64,000 nt of DNA from Tubiluchus corallicola (Eukaryota; Animalia; Priapulida), in contig JAQGDQ010002368.1 of NCBI GenBank assembly GCA_030141605.1, positions 310,001-374,000 on the forward strand, written 5' to 3'. Position 1 is the first letter of the stretch. Every line of letters begins with the position of its first letter. This document shows positions 1 through 47,975 of the stretch, one piece after another. Both the position numbers and the translations under genes were made by a program. The notes below the pieces were generated by a model. It worked only from the letters and a program-made list of their open reading frames with translations, had not been told where the DNA came from and did not search any database.

Positions 1-834
1 TTATATAAATTGTGTTTTTTTGTTATCCGATCTTATTCAACGAAAAATGACGTTGTTGTTTACTATTTGAAGTTTGCAATTTCCTAAATTGTGTCTAACG
101 TTTACTGTTTAGTAAACTAACAAAAATTCTTTTCTTCAGCATATTGCCTGTTAATTTTCGGAGGCTTCCAATTCGGCTGTTACGTTTCCTCTCGGCTCAT
201 TTGGTCTGTCATTTCCAATTGGCATACTCATACATATGAGTCATCTTGCTTGTTCAGTCTTCAGAATTGTCTATTCGTATTAATCAATTATTCGATGCTG
301 GTGTCACCAAACTGTTTCTACAGAGACATTAGGACGATAGAGAATGCTCCACAGTGCATTGAGATACAATTAAGATGAGGCAGCGTCGAGTACAGGCGTT
401 GATAATTGGTTTTTCGTCAAGCACCGACAGCCACTTTATGCGATACATCTATGTTGTAACTGCGGCGGCACAATTGAAGGCGGGTGCGTCTCAAAACAAA
501 ATAACCGAATCAGAGATAAGCTTAATAGTCAAAATTTCCCCTGCCAGGCCTATATTAATTAAGGTGCAAATTGTCAATAATCGTCAAGGAATAAGTTCTG
601 TAGCAAATTTCAGAAAAAGTTTAGAAATAAATCTCAACTGAACCCCGCTATTCTTAAAGTTTCAAAAAAATAGGAATACGTCTGTTCTAGTTCTTACTAT
701 AACAGTATTCTTACTAAAAAAATATGTCAGCTGTATCCGTAAAAGTATAACATTAAACTTTTTAACATGAAAATAATACAGATGTTTAAAAATTTCTTTA
801 CTTTGGATTACTAAGCGTTAATGTTATTGTTCTT

Positions 835-1427
835 CCCGTTTCACTCACACGAGCCTCTGTTCTAAGTTAGAGTACTTCAAAGTTCTCAAATCCTTTGATC
901 TACTGTTAAATTTATGTTCAGCTGCTACAGACTTTTGTTAATTGCTGATATCCAAGTTGTCTTTGGTTTGCCTGGAGATCGTTTAGCAGTGATCGTTTAA
1001 TGCTACTGTTTCTGGCAATCTCATTAAATATCCTCCTTCTTAGCTTTTTGGATTCAATTTTTGAGGTTTAAAGTACCTTTTTGGTTAAGTTGTAGAGCTG
1101 CTCATGTTATTTTGTTAGATTCTAGGACATTGGGTCCCAGCAGTTGGGCCCCATATCATACACGGTCATTTTATTTTAAAAACTTTTTATGTAAGCCTCC
1201 GTGAAATTGTATACATATTCTAGATCCATACATCAATTTCTTTTTCTTGTGTTGCGAATTCTAACACTACATTTCACTATTGTACATGAAGATACTGGTT
1301 TACGTATCCATTAAAGAGCCGCAGCCTTATTTTGAGAGATATACCGCTTAAACAATTGATTTATTCTGGGTAAAAAACATGGCCTTCTGTTTTTTATTCT
1401 TAATAATATCATCTTCTGTACTGAGCA
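835..1427 (-). mobile_element. Degenerate RTE-like LINE 3' fragment
   Basis: Minus-strand translation patches ISLKIRLRLFNGYV, SIFMYNSE, GYLMRLPE, PGKPKTTWI; similar to 46454..47106. Confidence 0.6.
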
Positions 1428-1510
<83 letters not shown>

Positions 1511-1511
1511 T

Positions 1512-1606
<95 letters not shown>

Positions 1607-1647
1607 ATAGTAGTAGTAGTAGTGCTAGTAGTTGTTGTTGTTGTTGC

Positions 1648-1703
<56 letters not shown>
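1428..1703. repeat. Compound microsatellite (TAT)n-(TAG)n-(TTG)n
   Basis: Directly visible. Confidence 0.97.
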
Positions 1704-1704
<1 letters not shown>

Positions 1705-4700
1705 AGCAGCGTTAAGAATTTGTTAGCTTTAAAATAACAATATTCTTACCAATAGAGTGTATTAAGTAATACATTTTTTACCAAAAAATGCTGCGTTTAA
1801 CAACATTTTTAATTGTCAACATCAAAATGTGTCAGATAACTGTAAAAACAAAATTTTCACTAACAAAGTATTACAATTAACAATGTTCTTTACCTGTTAA
1901 AAATATCATTAATAAACACTTTGTGCAGAACAAACAGTAGATACTGCATTAATTGACAGTGAGACGCTGTTCTCAATTGACAAAGTAGAAAAGCCTTATG
2001 AATTTACTGGCCAGGGAAACATTTCAACGGTAAAACTGATAATAATACCATCATCCACATGTAGTTAATACAATTAATTAACATTTGTCCCAGTGGCTTT
2101 CGGCATTAAATATAGTTAGTTTTTGAGAAAAAATGATAAAAAATTGTTACTAAAAGGCATTTATTTTTTAATATATTTATTACATTAAGCAAGACTAGGT
2201 AGCTGAGATAGTCATTTGTCTTATATTGTTTACATAGAATTTTTGGCATATCTCAGCTGGTTAGCTGACTCATATTTCACAGGGTGCCTAATTTAGCGTT
2301 TATTTCACCTTGTTCATATTTATGCAGGTGGTACGTGGCTGGTTGCGTTTATTTTTAGCACAACCTTCAGTGCAGACTGCCAAACGATGTAAAAACAATA
2401 ATGCTTGTTAAAATTTTGACCGCAGAAACAACTATTTGGAAATAGCGGCAATCATCTTGGTTATTAGGTTTCGATCTGTCTAAACCAATAAGTCTAATAT
2501 GACAAAAAGATATCTGGCAGTGTCGCCGCCAACTCGATCCGCTAAATGTTTTCCAGAAATATAAGTGTACGACAGTCGATGCCAAACGAAAATTGATCTA
2601 GAAATTGTCTGAACGCCGTTTTCGGTCAACACTACAGCGAGTTTTGAATGGAAATGATGCAGAGGCGGCATTTATCACTCACTTGAGACAAAGCGATTCC
2701 AAGAATATAAAACTTAATGTGCATAAGGAACATTCGAAATAAGTTTTCATCTATTAGTCACTGGCAGCTTTGTGCGAACGTCTACCCAAGAGATAAGCTA
2801 TATACTTATATAGATGCACTCTGTAGGTTTTAAATTGTTATTAATATGTTTGTGTGTCGGGATAAACCCACATGCTTACAAAATTTTTGAAACTAAGCAA
2901 GAAAGAAAAAGTGTGAAAATTCGAGACTGAAACTGTACTTGAATTAGGGATTTTCCGATTACAAGTTCAAGTACCAAAATTGAAGAGTAGTTTACTTTCG
3001 CATGTAATAAGGTGAGAGAAATAATTTTGTGTCTTTGGCTCGAAGGTCTAACAGTATCTGCAGTATCCTCGGCTGCAGATAAAGAAAACTTGTCGGTAGA
3101 TGTAGAAAAATGCGGTATCCAGGAAACCACATGATGTGCTACATGGTTTTCATACAGCAGTTGAGGTTTGCCCGCACTTCGAACAAACTTTGTTCGGCGT
3201 TTTTGAGCAACATTCAGTGTATCTCTAGTAAAAGCAGGTACCTGTTGCGAAGTAGCTAAAACTCTTAACTCTGAAGACGAAAAAATCTTTAGCGCAGACT
3301 CAACGGTGCCGTACTGAAATACTGAACGTCAGAATATCGTGGTAAGACTGCAGGACCAGATTTGTGGGAAAATCTTTGAACTGCAACCCTCCGTACTGGC
3401 CACCAGTGAATTGTCGGCGATGGAGTTGAGAAATTGTCAGGAACATGCAGAATAATAGACTTAAAAAGTGTCAGAATGTTCTTCTAGCATCTTCCTTGCC
3501 AGTGGAAATGCACCAGTGAATCGAGCACGGAACTGTTGCCTCCCTGCCTACTTGTAGATGCCAGTATACAATGGCTCCCTAATGGATGGAACCATTCCAA
3601 TGTACGAGTGTGAAAAAATGGCATTTCACTTAAAATACTTCACGTGGATATATGTCAACGAATTTTGCGTCGATTGACGAAGTCGGATTTTTGATCCGCC
3701 ATTTTGAATTCAAGATGTCGGCAAATAACATCATTTTCGAAAAAAGCATAAGGCTCCGCTAGTTCGCGACGGATCGTCATGAGACTTTATGCGAATATGT
3801 TAGAAGAAAGTCCGGGTTGACCCATGAAATTTTTGACCTGCCGTCTTGAATTCAGTGAGTCACCGGCTACAATAAATCGAGTCGAACTTGATCTTTCGCA
3901 AATCGTGTTGTATTTACTGTATCCGAAGAAACTGTATCAGCGTTATTCAGTAAAGTTGCGGGTTTTGTTTAATTGTTTGTTTGTTTAATTCTCTGATATA
4001 TGTTCTTGTTGTTGCTCCAGAAAATTTGTCTTATAGTGCCATTAATGAGATTAAGAAAGCATATTTAAACGAAGTGGCCTATAATGGGATTAAAAGGTAG
4101 CTTAACAGATTAGTAACGGACCTTACTTGTATCTGACTTGTATTGCTTGCCTTTACAGCAAAAGTTTTATATAAAAAATCTGGATGTTTAGTTAAATTCA
4201 ACGATGAAATAACAATAATTTTCTTACACAAACTCAGTAAACTGATGCCCAACATTATAATAACTGGTTTCTTCAGTAACTGGTAACTGAGAGTCGGTGG
4301 GTAGTATTTTGCTCAGTTCGTTAGGAGCGGGACAGGGATCCAACTCAATCCTTACTTAATGTAGATGGCTGTGACTGGGCTGGGATTTGGATCACTATCA
4401 AGGATCATCCCCTAAGGTGAGACATTGAACCAGTAGATGAATTTGAATCACGTTCGGATGCGGGTACATCCTACGTCAATGACGCAATAGGCAGTTGAAG
4501 TCATTCAGAAGCAAGTTTTTTGGCTTTCATGCATCCATTTACTGGTGTGGTTCATTGTTGCCTAACCTTCATTACAAAACAGAAAACAAACTGTTATTTT
4601 GTCTTATAAGTAAGCTAGCTGTTCAGTTTGAGTAACCCTTGTAAGATGTCTATCTTGTAAATTGCCTATTCAATGTCAAGGATTTTCAAATAATGATAGA

Positions 4701-6253
4701 AATAAAAATAATAAAATTACTCAACCTGAGTGATTTCGTTTGCCTGATGTACATGTACAGGCGCTTTCTTTTTATTTGGGGTAACAGTGGTTATTCTCGG
4801 AGAATCCTCAGTTGAAAAATGAATCTTATATTGTGGTATAATTATGTTACGCTTTGGAGCTGATATTCTTTTCCAAAAGAAGCAGAGGCCTTCATTCGTA
4901 CATTGTAATGCTCCATGTCTATTAAAGAGTCATTATTTAAACGGTAGAGCCATTTAGACGGACACATAATTTGATTGTGCAGTGTTATCTCTATCAATAT
5001 GCGTAGCACGATACCGTCCACAGTAGCCTTTGCGTTGAGTACAATTCCTAATCTATACTACATTTCTAGTGAACTTCGACAGAAAAGTTTCCCTCGGATT
5101 ACTGCACTGGGCTCACTGTGCATTACTATGCGTGACAGTGCCGGTTAATTAAAGATTATTAATCAAATATTAGCTAATATCTGACAGAGGCTTAACTTAA
5201 ACGATGAAAGAGTGTGGTTTTCAATGTTGTCATAATCAAGTCATTTGCGATCGAAGAATTTTGCGTGCGCGTATGTCAACATGTGTTTGCTTACACATAG
5301 ACCATTGCTCTAGTTGGTCTAGTCTGTGGTTTCTTTGTTTCACGTTGTGTTGACATTGCTCTTTGGAGTTTTTCGACGCTGATGACATACCACAGGAGGA
5401 ATCAATGCATCAATGCCTGTGTTGACTACTGGGGGGAACAAGAAGCCAAGATAGAAACCAAACAACTTTACACTGCGTTCGAGAACGCCAGGAAGTTGAT
5501 TGTGTGCAGTGCGGAATTTAATTTCCGCAAAATGTGTGAAAACGCTCGTATAATAGTCATTTGAGCACTGCATTTCTGCAAACACGGAGGCAAATATATG
5601 TAGGTTTGATTTGCAAATTACGAGCCTGGAATTTTTAAGCTATAGTGACTGTTTAAAGGTGAATAATACATTTCGTAATATGTTATCATAAAGGCTGTCC
5701 TTATTTTGACATCGTTTTAGACTACAATTTCGTGAAATGTAAGTAGCACGTCATTTGTAAGCACTTTGACACATGATAAATGAATAAACGAAGTCTAATT
5801 ATAACATACTTCACACATGCTATTACAGTATTGTCATTAGCGACAATTGATTCAAATTAGTGCACCTAACTCCTGCAGTGGCATTTCTGACGCACTTTGA
5901 AGATTTCTTTCCAGTGAAACCAAACTTCGTAAGTACGCATCTGTTTGACGATTCAGTGTGCTTACAACTGAGCGCAGACAATTGAATAAAATAAACCTGA
6001 GAAGGTTTCTCGTGGCAAGCTTAACAATTTAGTTCTCAATCGATGCCCAAAGCAGCGCATTAGAGATGGACGGGGCTTCTACTGTGAATGAACAATGAAC
6101 AAACCTAAAAATAGAAAACAACGCTTTCGCTTAAACGTTTATGTATGGACTGGGAAAAGGTGGTGTTCTGTGATGGTTTATTAATTACATTCTCAATATG
6201 AAGAAGTAAAAACAGCTCTGTCAAGTCGTTTGTTTGCTGGCCAAAACAGTCTT

Positions 6254-41154
<34,901 letters not shown>

Positions 41155-41517
41155 CGTACTAGGTATTATACTAATTAAATCATTTGCAGCAACAAGTTTA
41201 CGAACAGGTAGATGTCTCGTTTGTATAAATGTAATTCATGCTTGAGGCGGTTTTCAATTTCCAAAGCAAATTGGCTTTGCTTGACTTTTGCGCTATGTGT
41301 CATAGGTGTTTCATAAAACGTTTGTGTCGGTTGAAGTACTTGATAAGTATAAATTTTCTAAATTGATCTTGTCATTAGTTTATAAGCCTATAGATGAGAA
41401 GAAAGTAATGTTTCGTACATATTAAGATTAAGTAATTGTATTTGTTTGTAATTTTATTGTAAATAATGTTGTACTATACGTTCGTTGTTACATACTCAAC
41501 TTGTTTGTAAATTTATT

Positions 41518-41523
41518 AATAAA
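41518..41523 (+). terminator. Candidate polyadenylation signal of the Gfrl-like gene
   Basis: AATAAA ~360 nt after stop in AU-rich 3' region; further AATAAA near 41.93-41.97 kb. Confidence 0.35.
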
Positions 41524-42065
41524 ATTTAGAAGTCAGTTCGGTGCTAACAAAGGCAGATCAAAGTATTTGTCAAAGTTTGTTTATCTTTTAAGTTAATATT
41601 ATTATAATTTTGTACTTTAATTATGAATAATTTGTAAATATTATGCCTGAATGTCATATTGTGAACAAAGGACGCATTAATTTTGTACATCAAGTTATAA
41701 TTTTTAGTGTACAGTTGAAAGAATTTAGTATATTTGCTTCGTATAGTTCATGGATGCAATTACATCATTAAATTATCGTTATTTTTTGACTGCTGCGTAG
41801 AATTTCTTCACGAAGGAAAAATTATATTTTATCTGTTCTGTCTTTTGGGTTTAACTTATATGATTTTTTATAATTAACTAAAACATTAGTATTTACAGTA
41901 TTTACTATGACTATCATTGTTATTATAATTGTAATAAAAGAAAAGTAAAAAACGTTGGCTTTAAAATAAATATTAGATAAACATTAGATACGTAATAGCA
42001 CTAGCACCACTAAATTGCCTGTATTGCATTATTGCATTGTAAATTTATTTAAGGTTCGGCTTACA

Positions 42066-42143
42066 ATGATTATGATGATGATGATGATAATGATGATGAC
42101 GACGACGACGACGATGATGATGGTGGTGGTGGTGATGGTGATG

Positions 42144-42208
<65 letters not shown>
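42066..42208. repeat. (GAT)n microsatellite with GAC/GGT variants
   Basis: Directly visible. Confidence 0.95.
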
Positions 42209-43412
42209 AGACTGTGATGCCAACGATGATGACAAAGCATACCTTCACTCGAAACCAGTAATCAGTAAGCAGCTAAAAGACAAGTCCTTTGATTACTGCA
42301 TAAACAAAACAGATTACAAGAACTTGAGTTATTAAGGGGCGCTACAAGATAAGGTACATAAAGATAAGATTATCTTTTTTTCGGGCAAAAATCCATATCA
42401 GAACAGACGTACAATATAAACCACAATACGTATGTATAATACATACATATACGCATCATACATGCATAAAATGCTACCACAATAAAATGATTTACAGAAT
42501 AAAAAATGGCAAAATACAAAAAGTGCCTGTATATAGCTTATATGTCCAGTAGTGATCCATTTTAATTAAGAAAATACAAGCACTGTTAAAATTTAAAACA
42601 ACTAAGTTTAGCATTAATAAGTTGCACACTTAAATCATAAAAATACGTATTAAAAAGTTTGGGTGACAGCATACAGTAACTACAAAGATTCAGAAATAAT
42701 ATCCGCCCATCTTACACGCATGTGATGAGTATCATATGTTGTGTATCAGTAGAATAACAAACGTAATAGTAGTATTTTTATTGACATTAAGATCAACAAG
42801 ATTACATGTACATTTACAATACGTGTAACGTGCAATGCGTGTAATGATACGTGTAACGCGCAATATTACAAACGAAACAAATATTAGTTTACAAATATTG
42901 CTAAAGTAGAGTGCAAAATACACAGCAATGGCAGTAAATTTTTTTAACATAACATCGAAAAAGGTATTAATAACCAGATAACAATTTAGTGAAAATTTTT
43001 AGCTAACTTATCTGTTACAGAAACACACTTACAGAAACAAATTAAGAATATCGCTTAAAAATTTTCCGCAAGTTGAAGGGTTGAACGAAACTCCAAAACA
43101 TTACATAAATTTAGATTGTATTTTTCTCTCACCGCTTTTGTTAATTCACAAATAGTAACGATGCAACGATATGGAAAACGCATCCGCATTCGCGTGCTAC
43201 ATAAAGTCGATTAACTAGCATGCAGATGCGGATGCGTCTTCCACATGCGGAATAGGTAAAATCGGTTTATATTGTTTTCAATGCACACGTTTATGCAGCC
43301 TACGTAAGCGTTATTCCTTTTCTGCAGCCATTTCCCGTTCTTTTAAGCATATAGATGCACATGTCCGTGTCGTGTTTTTTTTGTAACTGAATAGGCATCT
43401 ATAGTAGCAAGT

Positions 43413-43544
43413 TTACCATAGTAACGGCACAACAGAAGGGATTCCAAGAGTTTGCTTGAGATACTTGACAGGGTGGCAGTTGTTCACATCTGTTAGCTTG
43501 CCGTTTTTGTCTTTTACGAGTGGCACAAGAATGCTGTCAGTGAG
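43413..43544 (-). mobile_element. Old L2/CR1-group LINE ORF2 relic (3' part)
   Basis: TDSILVPLVKDKNGKLTDVNNCHPV, degenerate RT-start IPxxK..NYRPI motif. Confidence 0.65.
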
Positions 43545-43719
43545 CAAGGCTGGTAGTACGGTACGGTACGAAAAAAATACCATATTTCGTACCTTTAAAA
43601 ACACCGTAGATTAGGGGGGCAGTGGTGTCGGGGAGATTGTATAGGATGGAAAAATCCCACCCTCCGACACTTTGCTGAGGCCTTCGACAGGCCCATTGCA
43701 ATTATTCACTGCTATACGT

Positions 43720-44766
43720 CTATTGGTCGTACTCGGCAAGCCTTCCAGCTTGCTTCAGATACGCCGCTAGTTTTTTCAGGTTTAAGTTCTCTACAACTGC
43801 TCTAAGTGTTGTATTTTTATTTCCCAGACATTTGATACGAGCACCCTGGTAGGCGGTGCATCGTCCCACGTGATGGTCCGGTGTTTCGTCTTCCTGACCA
43901 CATTTCGGGCAAATCGCGGATTGTGCTCGACAAGTGGTTTTTTTATGTTTTTGGAGATTACAGTGTCCGGTTAGGACCTGTATAACCATGTCGAGTTGAG
44001 TTCTACTGAGATTCAGGAGCCTATTGCAGACTCGGGCCGAGGCCCAGCCCACATGTTCCTTCGTTCTCTTGCAGTCCTCACGATTATTCCACGACGTTTC
44101 CCATCGTTTTAGACTCCATCCCTTAATCGCGTAGACACAGCTAGCGTAAGGGACGGGCAGATAGGGTTCTGGTCCCTCCGGAGAGAGCTCAGATCCCTTT
44201 TTAGCAAGTTTGTCCGCCTCTTAGTTACCATGTACTCCTTCGTGTCCAGGAATCCATGTAACCAAGACTCGGTTTCTTTTTCCAAGTATGTTCAAGTTTT
44301 CAACACAACGTAAAACCGAGATAGATTTTACTGTATTGTTTTCAGTAGCTTTAATAGCCGCCTGGCTGTCTGACAGGATGACTATTGATTGATTCTGGAG
44401 TCCTTCCGAAGACATTATCTCCGCCGCTTGTGAGATGGCGAAAACTTCTGCCTGGAAAACAGTACTCAATTTCCCAAGATAGAAGAACTCCTCCAATACT
44501 CTGGACTCAGTCGGATACTCGATACGTATACCTGCACCGATCCTTCCGCCCAGTTTGGAACCATCGGTATAACACCTGACACAGTTCCTATCCATTTCGC
44601 CTTCCGATTTGATAGCGATTTCTCTTTCCTGAATCTGGCATTCGAAATTTTTTTCGAACACGCGTGTTCTTTTTCTTAAATCACCCGGCATATGCAACAG
44701 TTGGAGGTCGCGCCTATAGCTATTGCACACATCGATATGACTTTTAGACTTACCAAAAGTTCCCAC
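43720..44766 (-). pseudogene. Retrotransposon ORF2 C-terminal part (RNase H + CCHC) with one in-frame stop at 44221..44223
   Basis: GVHGN*EADKLAKKG...GPEP reads in frame into ORF 43720..44052. Confidence 0.88.
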
Positions 44767-46066
44767 GGTCTTCGCTGTCCGTTAATTTACCGTCTTCTTT
44801 ATACACACAGCTTAACTGCGCTGCTTTATTTCGGCGGAGGACCTTTACCAACCTAGCAGTTGGTGCCTGATCTTCCATCTTTTCCGTGAAACTCCGCCAG
44901 GATTGGCGTTTCGCCTTCCGGACGGCGTTTTTGAATATAGACTGGGTTAGCTTTCTTGTTTCCCAGTCTCGTTGATTTTTAGTCTTAGTGGCTCTCCTGC
45001 AAGCCCTGCGCGCCTCCTTGCGGAGACGGCTTAGCTCCGGATTCCACCATTTGTTCCCATCCTTCTTCCTCTGCCTACGTAATGGGCAAGCAGTTTCATA
45101 AGAATGAATAACAGCAGCCTGAACTTCATCAGCCAAATCCTCAATATCCTCATTGGAGGACACCTTGTATTCCCGGTTCAGTTCTGGAAGTTTATGCTCA
45201 AGTTCTTCCGCATACTTTTCCCAGCAAGTACGGCGGATGTTCCTGATGAGTGGGTTTTCTTTTGAAATACTGCTTTTCACTAGGAATCTTATATACATGT
45301 GGTCCGACAGCGATGGCACGTCACTGACATACCAATCGCATACTATGTCCCCTGCATGCAGATTCCTCAGTGTCAGGTCTAGCACCTCTTCTCTTGCTTT
45401 TGTTCGGAACGTTGGTTTACGGCCAACATTACAGAACTCAAGATTAGCGCTTGCACAATACTCCAAGAGTTCCTCACCCCTGTCGTTGACATCGGTGGAA
45501 CCCCATAACGTATGATGCGCATTAGCATCAGTCCCCACAATAATTGGAGTTTTATCGCCGTCCCCGAATGATATCAGTTCCCTGAGTAACATAGGGGGAG
45601 CCGGTTGATCATGCACCATGTATGCCGAGGCGAAAATGAACTCATCTCCATCCCGGCACACATTTTTTGCTTTAACCACCACAATGTCTGTATTCGAGAA
45701 CACTGGAAGTAAAAAGCATTTTAGGTTAGGAGTGGCATAAATGCACGCCCGAGGCCTTTCTCCATTCCGGTTTCCCTGGAACAGATCCCATCCTCGGAGT
45801 TTACCCCTAACTTCCCCACCGTGCGTCCAGGGTTCCTGTACAAAGACTAACCCGGTACGTATGTGTTTTACAACATCCTGCAAGTTGTAACTCGCAGCTT
45901 TGCTTTTGTGAAGATTGATTTGCCAGCACTCAATACCAGAGACACTTTGTGCTGGCTTCTCACCTATTTTATCCAAATTGTCCCCGGAAATAACATTCAA
46001 TCTACCGTGGGTATTTCCACCGAAGACTGTCTGCGGCCGGGATTTTACTTTAGCCCCTGTTCCCAT
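44750..46066 (-). pseudogene. Retrotransposon ORF2 N-terminal part (APE endonuclease + linker), truncated by internal deletion
   Basis: 438-aa ORF ending just where RT would begin. Confidence 0.88.
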
Positions 46067-46453
46067 ACTTTTCTGTATTTACGTTTCCATACTGGACTCG
46101 GGTGCCTTCATCTGCGATTGCTCGACAGACGGCAGCTCCTTTGTTCCAGTGGCAACGTCGGGGGTTTTTCCACCCTCGGTACTCACTTCTGGACCCTTAT
46201 CCACCGTTTGAACAGGTGTTTCCGGTTCCTTGGCTTTCCCTTGGTTTTTCTTTTTGGACTGGAACGTGACTCGTTTGCATCCGGCGTACGGAGCAAACTC
46301 CAGTCGTTCCAGACCTGACAGGGACGGTTCCCAGACCGCTACTACGTGTAGCATTCCGCCGACCCCTTTTGACCCACCGCGGACCTCCATGTGCTTCCGT
46401 TGGAGTTCCGAATTACATCGGTCCACCAACGTCAGCTAAAAACACCGTAACAC

Positions 46454-47106
46454 CATAAAAGAAATGGATCTCATACTAAATAAAGATAAAACAGAAGAGT
46501 ATCACATAAAAAGGAATGGAGATGATGCTTGGAGGAAATGTATATACTTAGGCAGTCTTCTAGCAACAAATAAAAAACCCTAGCACTAGCTGCATATTCC
46601 AAATTAACAAAAAAAATTGAAAGTAAGAGGATCAGTTTAGATACAAATTTAAGAATCTTTGCTGCACTTGTGGAAACTGTGTTTATCTATAACTCACAAC
46701 ACGAATCAGAAATTAATGCATTTCAAAGAAGAAACTACAGAAACATTCTAGGAATAAAATGGCCAGACAAAATATCAAATCAGGATCTGTACAATAAAGT
46801 CAAGGCAGAGGAATGGACAATTAAAGTAAAAAGGAGAAGATTAAGATGGATATGACTTGTTATACGACTACCAGATGACAGTCCATTAAAGTTATCTTTC
46901 AAAGAAGCACTGCAGAAAGAAAAGAAACCCGCAAGGAGGACAGCTGCTGACTTATATCAATTTCATCCAAAAAGATCTTATCAGCACCCCATTAGATATC
47001 AATCAAAATACAGAGACATGGAAGGTTGCAGGTGACAGGGTAGTATGGAGTAAAGTGAGCGGGAGGGTCATGTCAAACGACGTGTGACTCCAGAGATGAT
47101 GATGAT
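46454..47106 (+). mobile_element. 5'-truncated RTE-like LINE 3' fragment with (GAT)n tail
   Basis: LNKDKTE..YLGSLL, FQRRNYRNILGIKWPDKISNQDLY, RRRLRW; GATGATGAT end; possible TSD GTAACAC/GTATCAC. Confidence 0.78.
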
Positions 47107-47975
47107 GTATCACAATTCTGTGCCATACTTACAAAATTGAATCGTACCGTACTAGTACGATAAAATATCATACCGTAATTCCCATCAAATTTCGTACCAA
47201 GTGCGTGTAGGATCCACTATAAAAAGATAAAGAATGACATAAAAGTTAATTGTGTAAACTATATGTTTTTCAATTATTGTTATGAAATTATGCGCACTAT
47301 AAAAACAGAATTGCTGTTTGAACTTCCATACTATTTACATGTATTTTAAGTACAAAACTTGCACAAAATCATCCATGGAGTTATAAAATTATTTTGAATT
47401 ACTTTTTCTTAATAAATAATTTTGTGTAACGGGCGAGTTACGTTCATTTACTAGTTTTTAACGACTGCCTTTCATTAATTGCTCACTAGTGGCAAATTTT
47501 TAATGATAATCAACATTTAGTGTCTTGCCTAAAACATTTGTAACTATACCATGCAGGCTGCACAATTTAACGTACGTAACGTCGGTATGACTTTAATTTC
47601 TTTTCTTGGCTCTAGGTACACAGCCGTAGATCAGCGGTGTTACATTAACATGGTCAAATTTGGTAAGTAACATACCCAGTTTCTATAAGTACAATAATAA
47701 AGGTAAGGTAATTTACGGGAAAAAACAACTTGCTGCTTTTTCATCCAAAGCGAACCAATCTAGCCGTTTTGTTTGCGTCTGTTCTGTGTCAAGGTGCGTT
47801 AACCAGGAGAGAACAAGTCCGCACCAAAGAGGCGAAACAAGTCGTCACAAACGTTATAAGAAACTGAGAAAAATGCTACGGAAAAGCTACGATAAAGGTT
47901 CGGAAAAATACCATAATTTCGTACCGTACTTTTAAGAATTTTTTTGTACCGTACCGTACCGTACTGCCAGCCTTG

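Larger units (their letters stand above)
43609..46436 (-). mobile_element. Loa/R1-type non-LTR retrotransposon copy, 5'-truncated, RT domain deleted; ORF1 end + APE + RNase H + CCHC; 13-bp TSD TAAAAACACCGTA
   Basis: APE motifs QINLHKS, VQEPW, GTDANAHH, LDLTL, SDH; RNase H YTDGSK, FQAEVFAI, SDSQAA, WIPGH; LTGH..C..C..H..C tail; identical TSD at 43596..43608 and 46437..46449; GC richer than host. Confidence 0.92.
43545..47975. mobile_element. hAT-like non-autonomous DNA element hosting two LINE insertions
   Basis: TIRs CAAGGCTGGTAGTACGGTACGGTAC / GTACCGTACCGTACTGCCAGCCTTG; 8-bp flanks TCAGTGAG (43537..43544) and TCAGTGAA (47976..47983). Confidence 0.8.

Noticed and set aside
1379-1726. Poly-Leu/Val ORF (and poly-Ile/Met/Ser/His ORFs at 10016..10693, 13647..14139, 15046..15387, 23888..24342, 30801..31096, 42015..42335)
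   Set aside because: Translations of microsatellites; no splice or homology support.
2880-3880. Possible decayed DNA-transposon cargo and CCGCCATTTTGAATTCAAGATGTCGG palindrome
   Set aside because: Could not define termini, TSD or a convincing reading frame.
4290-4480. tRNA-like A-box sequence (GCTCAGTTCGTTAGGAGCG)
   Set aside because: No cloverleaf or properly spaced B-box; at most a decayed SINE.
45153-46439. Plus-strand ORFs antisense to the retrotransposon (also antisense ORFs at 29210..29609, 53704..54346, 61671..61976)
   Set aside because: Shadow frames of real coding sequence.
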